A stretch of 64,000 nucleotides of DNA, taken from Candidatus Bathyarchaeum tardum. GTDB taxonomy: Archaea > Thermoproteota > Bathyarchaeia > Bathyarchaeales > Bathyarchaeaceae. Below, piece after piece: positions 57,191 to 64,000 of the stretch. Both the position numbers and the translations under genes were made by a program. The stretch is from assembly GCA_024650005.2 (NCBI GenBank), contig CP122380.1, forward strand, positions 64,001 through 128,000. The letters are read 5' to 3'. The notes below the pieces were generated by a model. That model was given only the letters and a program-made list of their open reading frames with translations. It did not search any database and had not been told where the DNA came from. Each line of letters begins with the position of its first letter. Positions within the stretch are counted from its first letter, which is position 1.

Positions 57191-57430
57191 ATGGGCAGAA
57201 GAAGACGCAAAGTTGTTCACATCCCAAAAAAGAAATTACCTACAGTTTTTCTCTGTCCCATTTGTGGTAAACAAGCAATTACTATCGAAATATTTCCTGG
57301 TGGGGTCCGTGCCAAAGTACACTGTACGGGTTGTGAATTAACCGAAGAATTTGACACAAGACCCGCTTTTAGTGAAATTGATATATACTGTCAATTTACA
57401 GACCTTTTTTATTCAAGATCCTCTGTCTAG
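57191..57430 (+). CDS. elf1: Transcription elongation factor Elf1
   Basis: MGRRRRK...KLPTVFLCPICG...CTGC...IDIYCQFTD. Confidence 0.9.
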   Translation: MGRRRRKVVHIPKKKLPTVFLCPICGKQAITIEIFPGGVRAKVHCTGCELTEEFDTRPAFSEIDIYCQFTDLFYSRSSV

Positions 57431-57444
57431 AACTGGGATCAAAC

Positions 57445-58191
57445 ATGATTGGCACGGTAGAGCAATATCTCTTAAATAAAATTAACAAAGAAGGCGCCAT
57501 TCATCTTACATTAATTGATCCAGAAAAAGTCACGCCATGCTCTGCAGTTCGGACGGCTAAAGAAGCAGAATCCTGCAACACAGCAGCAATAATGGTAGGC
57601 GGATCAACATCAATCACTGACCCTCACTTAGATGATGTTACTAAAGCGTTGAAAGATTCAGTAGAAATACCCATAATTTTGTTCCCTGGTAACCATAACG
57701 GAGTAACTAAATATGCAGACGCTATCTGGTTTATGTCTCTTTTAAATTCTTCAGATCCCTATTTCCTTGTTGGTGCTCAAATTTTAGGTGCTCCAATAAT
57801 CAAAAAATTCGGTATAGAACCCATTTCCATGGGATACATAACTGTAGGTGAAGGCGGAACTGTAAGTATCGTAGGAAAAGCCACACCCCTCCCTTACAGT
57901 AAACCTGAACTTGCAGCCGCTCATGCCCTTGCTGCCGAATATTTCGGTATGCATTTTGTGTATCTAGAAGCAGGTTCTGGTGTAGGTAATCCTGTGCCTG
58001 TTACTTTGATAAAAGCAGTAAAAACTGCAACCAACCTTCCCATAATTGTGGGTGGTGGAATACGAACAGGTAAACAAGCAAAAGAAATCGTCAATGCAGG
58101 TGCCAGCATTATAGTAACTGGCAATGTTTTAGAAGAAAACAAAAGCAAAAACAAGATTCAAGAATTGATAAGTAACATCAAAACCAGATAA
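57445..58191 (+). CDS. Geranylgeranylglyceryl phosphate synthase
   Basis: LTLIDPEK, IMVGGS, ILFPG, SLLNS, YLEAGSG, VGGGIR. Confidence 0.93.
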   Translation: MIGTVEQYLLNKINKEGAIHLTLIDPEKVTPCSAVRTAKEAESCNTAAIMVGGSTSITDPHLDDVTKALKDSVEIPIILFPGNHNGVTKYADAIWFMSLLNSSDPYFLVGAQILGAPIIKKFGIEPISMGYITVGEGGTVSIVGKATPLPYSKPELAAAHALAAEYFGMHFVYLEAGSGVGNPVPVTLIKAVKTATNLPIIVGGGIRTGKQAKEIVNAGASIIVTGNVLEENKSKNKIQELISNIKTR

Positions 58192-58266
58192 CCCTTGACG
58201 ATTCCTATTTGTTCTAGAAAGACTCAATACCTTGTTTTGTAACCTCTAAAACTAAGGAGAACCCTT

Positions 58267-61200
58267 TTGACGATTCCCATGAGCAAGGAATACAAGCAAT
58301 ACGCAGACAGTTTAGAGAAACAGCTTGAAGACATCTACGCCGTAGTAACCAAAGCAAGAAAAAAAGGCTTAGATCCTGCTTTGGTTCCCGAACCCGAGGT
58401 TGCTAAAGACTTAGCTGCCTTGGTAGAGGGTCTTGTTGGACCCCCTGGTGTTGCTGAAAGTATTCGGGACTTAACCAAAACCCTATCTCGTGAGGCTCTT
58501 ACTTTCAAGATTACTGAACAGATAATAAATGGAAAATTCGGAGTAATGGATTCTCGGGAAGCTGGAGAACAAGCCATGAGAACCGCTCTTGCCATATTAA
58601 CTGAAGGAATAACTGCTGCTCCTATACAAGGTATCGCAAAAGTAGACATTAAGACAAATTCTGATCGTACACGGTATTTGGCAATATACTATGCAGGACC
58701 AATACGTTCAGCAGGTGGCACCGAACAAGCTTTAACCATAATTGTTGGCGACCATATTCGCAGATTACTTAAACTGGATCGTTACAAACCTACAGAGGAT
58801 GAAATTGGGCGATTTATTGAAGAAATTCGTTTGTTTGAACGCTCAATTGCACGTTTCCAATATCACATCTCAGACGAAGAACTACGGAGAGGTCTACAAA
58901 ATATTCCTGTGGAAGTAACTGGCACTGAATCCGATCCTGTTGAAGTTTCAACTTTCAGGAATCTGCCACGAATTGAAACAAACAATGTTCGGGGTGGCGC
59001 TTTGCGCGTAGTGAATGACGGAATAGTTGGTCGAGCAGCAAAAGTATTAACTACTATTGAAAAACTTCAGATACCTGGTTGGGAGTGGCTCGGAAACCTC
59101 AAAGAGTTTTCGAAGAAAAAGAAATCTGGATTTATGGCTGACGTAATCGCTGGTCGACCAATTTTTTCGTTTCCTTCTCGGTTTGGAGGTTTTAGGCTTC
59201 GTTATGGGCGGTCTAGGAACACTGGTCTGGCTGCTGTTGGGATTCACCCTGCAACCATGTTAACTGTTCAGAACTTTCTTGCAGCAGGAACTCAACTACG
59301 TTTAGAAGGTCCAGGAAAAGGAGGAATTACTGTTCCCGTAGACAGTATCGAGCCACCTGTTGTTCGACTTAAAAATGGCTCAGTTGTTCGTGTTACTCTT
59401 CAAAATTTTGATTCCATCAACAAAATGATTGACAAAATCCTATTTTTGGGCGATATCTTGATTGGTTTTGGTGATTTTCTATATACTAACAAGCCTCTTC
59501 GTCCGGCAGGATATAACGAGGAATGGTGGGGTGAAGAACTTACCGTGGCTGTAGATGAAAAGTTTAGTGGTGATTTAGATAAAACTGCCAAAGCATTGGG
59601 GCTGGAAAAATCTTTTCTAGAAAAAATTTTGATTGACGTATACCAAAACACGCCCCCCCTCCCTGATGCCCTTCAGCTTTCTTCGATTTTGGGTGTTCCT
59701 CTTCATCCATTTTATACTTATTTTTGGGAAACTCTTTCTGCAGAAGAATTTGTGGCTTTAAGGAACTGGTTGTTAGCTTCTGAAATCAAAGTTGAAAATA
59801 ACACTGTGCAAGAGATTGTTGGTGTGAAAGATAAATCAATTAAATTTATTCTTGAAAAGCTATGTATTCAGCATGAATTAATTTTGAATACGGTGAAGAT
59901 CGGGGGTGATGAAGCTCACATTTTCGCTTTTTGTCTTGGATTTAACAAACCTGATTGTACAATTGAATCTTCAGAAACTGTTCAAGATATTATACGAAAT
60001 CTCACTGGGCTTATTGTTAAGCCAAAAGGTGTTAGTTTTGTTGGGGCTAGAATGGGTCGCCCAGAAAAAGCCAAACATCGAGAAATGAAACCCCTTGTTC
60101 ATACTTTGTTTCCGGTTGGTCTGGCTGGGGGGTCTCGTCGTAATCTTATTGATGCTTCAAAAAAAGTTGCAATCGAAGTAGATCTTGTTAAGCGTCGTTG
60201 TGTTAAATGTAATGCACCAAGTTTCACCCTTAAATGTGTTCAATGTGGCTCAGACACTGTTCTAGAGAAAACTTGCCCTCAGTGTGGTAGAACCTTAGAT
60301 CTAAATGAATGCCCTGCATGTAAAACTTCGACCCGAAGCTACGCTAGACAAGAAGTTGACATCCGAGGCTTATTGTCTATGGCTTGTAAGAATCTAGGTC
60401 TTCCAATGCTCAGCCTTTTCAAGGGGGTAAAAGGCATGACAAATGAAACAAAAACTCCTGAAATACTGGAAAAAGGGCTTTTACGGGCAAAACATGGTTT
60501 GTCTGTTTTTAAGGATGGTACAATCCGATTTGATGCTACTAATGCTCCTCTTTCACATTTTACCCCTAAAGAGGTTGGCGTTACAGTTGAACAAATCAAA
60601 GCAAATGGTTACTCGCATGATTACAAAGGAAACCCCTTAACCACCCCTGAACAAATTTGTGAACTCAAAGTTCAAGATATTGTTATCCCTCGAAAATGTG
60701 CAACTTATTTTCTTAAAGTCGCCAATTTCTTGGATGAACTACTTGAAAAAGTGTACAAACTGCAAAAATACTACAACTTGACAAAATCCAGTGATCTTGT
60801 GGGTTGTCTAGTTATTGGGTTGGCTCCTCACACTTCTGTTGGCATTGTTGGTCGAATTATTGGTTTTACACCTTTGAACGTTATTTATGCTCATCATATG
60901 TGGCATTCTGCAAAACGACGAGATTGTGACGGCGATGAAGATGCAGTAATTTTAGGTATGGATGCAATCTTGAATTTCTCCAAGGAGTTTCTTCCTTCCC
61001 AAATCGGCGGAATTATGGACGCTCCAATTTTGATTATTCCTGTTGTAAATCCCTTAGAAGTACAGCGGCAAGCCCACGAAGTAGATGTAACAGGAAAATA
61101 TCCTCTAGAGTTTTACCAAAAAGCCTTGGAAGAAGCAGACACTCGGCAAACAATGGGTATTATTGACGTTATTGCAGATCGGTTGAACACTCCCGCTCAG

Positions 61201-61677
61201 TTTGAGGGTTTCAAGTACACCATTCCTGTTTCAAATATTAACATGGGCAACACTGAGAGTGTTTACAAAAAATTTGGTAAAATGATTGATAAAATGCACA
61301 GCCAGCTTGTTTTGGCAGAAAAAATTGCTGCCGTAGACGCTGACGTGGTGGCTAGAAAGGTTTTGACTACCCATTTCATTCGTGATATTGCGGGAAATCT
61401 TCGTGCTTTTACAACTCAGCAGTTTCGATGCAAAGGTTGTAATCGAAAATTCAGGAGAATGCCTCTTATTGGTAAATGTCCTTCTTGCAACAGTGATTTG
61501 ATTCTCACTGTTTATCGGGGTGGAATTGAAAAATACTTAATCGCAGCAACACGGCTGGTTGAAAAATATGGTTTACTAGATTACTATGCACAGCGTCTCA
61601 ATATGGTAGAAGAAGAAATTTTAACATTGTTTGAAGGCAAGAAACCTCGTCAATGTAGTCTTGAAGCTTTTTCATAA
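58267..61677 (+). CDS. polC: DNA polymerase D large subunit DP2 (no intein)
   Basis: YAGPIRSAGGT, GGFRLRYGRSRNTG, RMGRPEKA, KRRDCDGDED catalytic motif, C-terminal Zn finger and PIP-like QCSLEAF. Confidence 0.97.
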   Translation: MTIPMSKEYKQYADSLEKQLEDIYAVVTKARKKGLDPALVPEPEVAKDLAALVEGLVGPPGVAESIRDLTKTLSREALTFKITEQIINGKFGVMDSREAGEQAMRTALAILTEGITAAPIQGIAKVDIKTNSDRTRYLAIYYAGPIRSAGGTEQALTIIVGDHIRRLLKLDRYKPTEDEIGRFIEEIRLFERSIARFQYHISDEELRRGLQNIPVEVTGTESDPVEVSTFRNLPRIETNNVRGGALRVVNDGIVGRAAKVLTTIEKLQIPGWEWLGNLKEFSKKKKSGFMADVIAGRPIFSFPSRFGGFRLRYGRSRNTGLAAVGIHPATMLTVQNFLAAGTQLRLEGPGKGGITVPVDSIEPPVVRLKNGSVVRVTLQNFDSINKMIDKILFLGDILIGFGDFLYTNKPLRPAGYNEEWWGEELTVAVDEKFSGDLDKTAKALGLEKSFLEKILIDVYQNTPPLPDALQLSSILGVPLHPFYTYFWETLSAEEFVALRNWLLASEIKVENNTVQEIVGVKDKSIKFILEKLCIQHELILNTVKIGGDEAHIFAFCLGFNKPDCTIESSETVQDIIRNLTGLIVKPKGVSFVGARMGRPEKAKHREMKPLVHTLFPVGLAGGSRRNLIDASKKVAIEVDLVKRRCVKCNAPSFTLKCVQCGSDTVLEKTCPQCGRTLDLNECPACKTSTRSYARQEVDIRGLLSMACKNLGLPMLSLFKGVKGMTNETKTPEILEKGLLRAKHGLSVFKDGTIRFDATNAPLSHFTPKEVGVTVEQIKANGYSHDYKGNPLTTPEQICELKVQDIVIPRKCATYFLKVANFLDELLEKVYKLQKYYNLTKSSDLVGCLVIGLAPHTSVGIVGRIIGFTPLNVIYAHHMWHSAKRRDCDGDEDAVILGMDAILNFSKEFLPSQIGGIMDAPILIIPVVNPLEVQRQAHEVDVTGKYPLEFYQKALEEADTRQTMGIIDVIADRLNTPAQFEGFKYTIPVSNINMGNTESVYKKFGKMIDKMHSQLVLAEKIAAVDADVVARKVLTTHFIRDIAGNLRAFTTQQFRCKGCNRKFRRMPLIGKCPSCNSDLILTVYRGGIEKYLIAATRLVEKYGLLDYYAQRLNMVEEEILTLFEGKKPRQCSLEAFS

Positions 61678-61733
61678 TTTCTAAGTTGATGTAAATCTTT
61701 TTTGATTTAAACTCTAACATACTTTGAGCAAGA

Positions 61734-62006
61734 ATGTTCCACTTTAACTATCATCCAAATGCTTTCCTAACTTCAATAAAAAATATTCGATCTGGTTTGG
61801 TCGCTAGAACAAAAATTATTGCTGTTCTTGAGGATGAAGTGTCTAAAACTACGAAGATTTCTAAAAAAGCAGAACTTAGTTATCCTGTTGTTCTTTATCA
61901 TTTGCATCTACTTGAAACTGAAAACATCGTGCGCCACATAGGCAAACGGCGGTATCTTTGGAAATTAACTGGTACAGGACAACAAAGATTGATTTACACC
62001 CTTTAG
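61734..62006 (+). CDS. ArsR-like winged-helix protein
   Basis: TTKISKKAELSYPVVLYHLHLLETENIV...WKLT. Confidence 0.75.
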   Translation: MFHFNYHPNAFLTSIKNIRSGLVARTKIIAVLEDEVSKTTKISKKAELSYPVVLYHLHLLETENIVRHIGKRRYLWKLTGTGQQRLIYTL

Positions 62007-62290
62007 AATGGACAATCACAAGGGTTTAGTTTACATTTTGGACATTTATTGTCATATTTTGATCGTGCAGCTTTTTCCAAATCGATACCCACGACGTTTG
62101 CCAATGAAGCTAACCATGCCAAAACGTCGGCAAACTCTTTTTCTGCTTCTTGCATGTTTTCTTCTTTTAGAGCCTCTCTTAGTTCTTGCACTTCGTCTTC
62201 AAGCCAAGATAATGTTTTTTCTTGACCCCTTTCTGCATCCCGCGAAAAATATAGCTGTTTCATCAGTTTTTGGAATTCATTGATATCCAT
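62003..62290 (-). CDS. MazG-like nucleotide pyrophosphohydrolase
   Basis: WLEDEVQEL...EFADVLAWLASLAN...KY...CPKC..PCDC. Confidence 0.88.
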   Translation of the reverse strand: MDINEFQKLMKQLYFSRDAERGQEKTLSWLEDEVQELREALKEENMQEAEKEFADVLAWLASLANVVGIDLEKAARSKYDNKCPKCKLNPCDCPF

Positions 62291-62330
62291 TTATGTGTCC
62301 TCATTGTTAAAATGCAAATCTACATTTGTT

Positions 62331-63158
62331 TTAGATTTTTCTTTGTTTATAGCCTTCGATGCACCCTTTTTTTATCTGGGTTACTAATTTGGCAATCTCG
62401 GGCAGTGTTTTTACAGGGGTTTCCAAGTTTTTCTCGTACACTTTAGCGTATACGCTTCCTGCTATTGCTCCGTCTGCGCCTGCGGCAACTACGTTTGCGG
62501 CTTGTTCTTTGGTTGAAATTCCAAACCCCGCTAACAGTGGCATGTCTGTGTGTTTTCTTACCCGTTCAACTAGTTTGAATGTTGAATCGCCTATGCTTTC
62601 TCTTACTCCGGTGACGCCTTCAACCCCGATAACATAAAGAAAACCCGATGCAATGTCTGCAATTTTTTTTAATCTGTCTTCCGTTGTTGTTGGTGCTACT
62701 TGGAATATGGGGTGAATTCCTGTCTTTTTTCCTTCAGTTAACAAAACATCTGCTTCTTCAACAGGAACATTAGGCACAATTATCGCTTGAGCCCCTGCTT
62801 CCTTTATTTTATTCAAGAATTTCCCAACTCCCATCACATACGGGATGTTATAGTATGTTGTAACTACAATCGGATTTTCTATGCCTTTTGCTCTTATCTT
62901 TTTGATTCCTTCAATACATTTGTTTGGTGTAATACCGTTTTGAAGTGCCCTTTCACATACTCCCTGAAAAGTCGGTCCATCTGCTGTTGGATCAGAAAAA
63001 GGAATTCCAAATTCAAGGATGTCTGATCCGTTTTCTACTAGTGTCTCTAACAGTTTAAGTGAAAACTCTTCGTGGGGGTCACCATAATAAACATGAGGCA
63101 TATGTGCCCCTTCCCCTTTGTTTGTTAGTTCTTTGAATTTGTCTTCAAGCTTCATCAA
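62331..63158 (-). CDS. trpA: Tryptophan synthase alpha chain
   Basis: LEFGIPFSDPTADGPTFQ, TYYN, GVTG, GFGIS. Confidence 0.95.
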   Translation of the reverse strand: MMKLEDKFKELTNKGEGAHMPHVYYGDPHEEFSLKLLETLVENGSDILEFGIPFSDPTADGPTFQGVCERALQNGITPNKCIEGIKKIRAKGIENPIVVTTYYNIPYVMGVGKFLNKIKEAGAQAIIVPNVPVEEADVLLTEGKKTGIHPIFQVAPTTTEDRLKKIADIASGFLYVIGVEGVTGVRESIGDSTFKLVERVRKHTDMPLLAGFGISTKEQAANVVAAGADGAIAGSVYAKVYEKNLETPVKTLPEIAKLVTQIKKGCIEGYKQRKI

Positions 63159-64000
63159 AATACCTCACAATGGTTTCTAGGTCCTTGTCGCCTCTGCCTG
63201 AAAAATTCAAAACAACCACTTCGTCTTTTGCGAATTCATCTTTGTTGTCCACCATATACGCAATGGCATGAGCAGTTTCAAGAGCAGGAATCAACCCTTC
63301 AGTGCGACACATCACCTTTACTGCTTCAAACACTTGATTGTCAAAGGCACAGCTAGCCTTTACTCTACCACTATCTACCAGTCCTGAAATTTCTGGACCT
63401 CTTCCAGGATAGTTAAGTCCTGCGGCTCTGGTTCGGGACGGCTTTATCTGGCCATTTTCATCTTGTAGAACCTGCATTACTGCTCCATGAAGAATTCCTG
63501 GTTTGCCGATTTTGAAAGCTGCAGCGCTGTTGTCGGCTTCTAGGTTTTCTCCTCCCCCTTCAACAAAAACCAGTTTGACCTCTTTTTCTTTGAGGAATGA
63601 TTTGAAAGCTCCTAAGGCGTTGCTGCCTCCACTTCCGCAGGCTACTATTCTGTCTGGAAATCTGCCTTCTTTTTCTAGGATTTGTTTTTTGATTTCTTTT
63701 CCGATAACACTTTGGAATGTTGCTACAATTTCTGGGTACGGTCGAGGACCAACAGTTGACCCCATCAGATAATGAGTAGTTGTTGAGCAAGTTGTCCATT
63801 TTCGTAAGGTGTCTGAAACTGCATCTTTTAGCACTCCCATTCCAATGTTAACGGGGGTTACTTTTGCTCCTAATAGTTTGATTCGTTTGACATTGCTTGC
63901 CTGTCGAATAATGTCTTTTGATCCCATGAAAACTTCTGTTTCTAATCCGCAGACGTTTCCTGCCATGGCTGTTGCCAGACCATGTTGGCCTGCTGCAGTT
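63145..64000 (-). CDS. trpB: Tryptophan synthase beta chain (5' part outside the window)
   Basis: TAAGQHGLATA, GSTVGPRPYP, CGSGGSNA, AGLNYPGRGPE, EGLIPALETAHA, NFSGRGDKD. Confidence 0.95.
   Translation of the reverse strand, partial: TAAGQHGLATAMAGNVCGLETEVFMGSKDIIRQASNVKRIKLLGAKVTPVNIGMGVLKDAVSDTLRKWTTCSTTTHYLMGSTVGPRPYPEIVATFQSVIGKEIKKQILEKEGRFPDRIVACGSGGSNALGAFKSFLKEKEVKLVFVEGGGENLEADNSAAAFKIGKPGILHGAVMQVLQDENGQIKPSRTRAAGLNYPGRGPEISGLVDSGRVKASCAFDNQVFEAVKVMCRTEGLIPALETAHAIAYMVDNKDEFAKDEVVVLNFSGRGDKDLETIVRYFDEA

Noticed and set aside
58267-61677. Intein in DP2 (also checked aIF5B, Cdc6, TopA)
   Set aside because: Protein lengths are normal and no intein splice motifs or LAGLIDADG blocks were seen

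Overview
Core-genome window of an AT-rich archaeon, most likely Bathyarchaeia or a related TACK lineage. This is inferred from PolD (DP1+DP2) together with Elf1, GINS, a eukaryote-like AglB and the gene order. From left to right it holds a type IV pilus/Tad locus, translation genes (aIF5B, L24e, S28e, L7Ae, aIF2a, S27e, L44e, L10e, L21e, aIF5A/DHS, SRP54), AglB, TopA, CarS, RadB, primase/GINS/PCNA, RNAP/exosome genes, PEP synthase, nadABC, tRNA-Pro(CGG) and an intron-containing tRNA-Ser(CGA). Next comes the replication-origin region (DP1, cdc6, ORB-flanked oriC, later DP2), and trpAB ends the window. The most notable candidate system lies directly beside oriC (51.5-57.2 kb): a wHTH protein, a stand-alone NurA-HerA pair, a membrane-anchored coiled-coil wHTH protein and a Tfx-like HTH protein, interleaved with about 26 clustered TGTGA/TCACA motifs. 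This looks like a possible centromere-like origin tethering/segregation module (inference). Other highlights are eukaryote-like PAC4 and OSTC/DC2 homologues, an unannotated ~114-nt structured RNA upstream of rpl7ae, Adk sitting in the usual Ndk slot, and an apparent ~11-kb inversion splitting aIF2a from nop10. All calls are by eye from motifs; no database searches were run.
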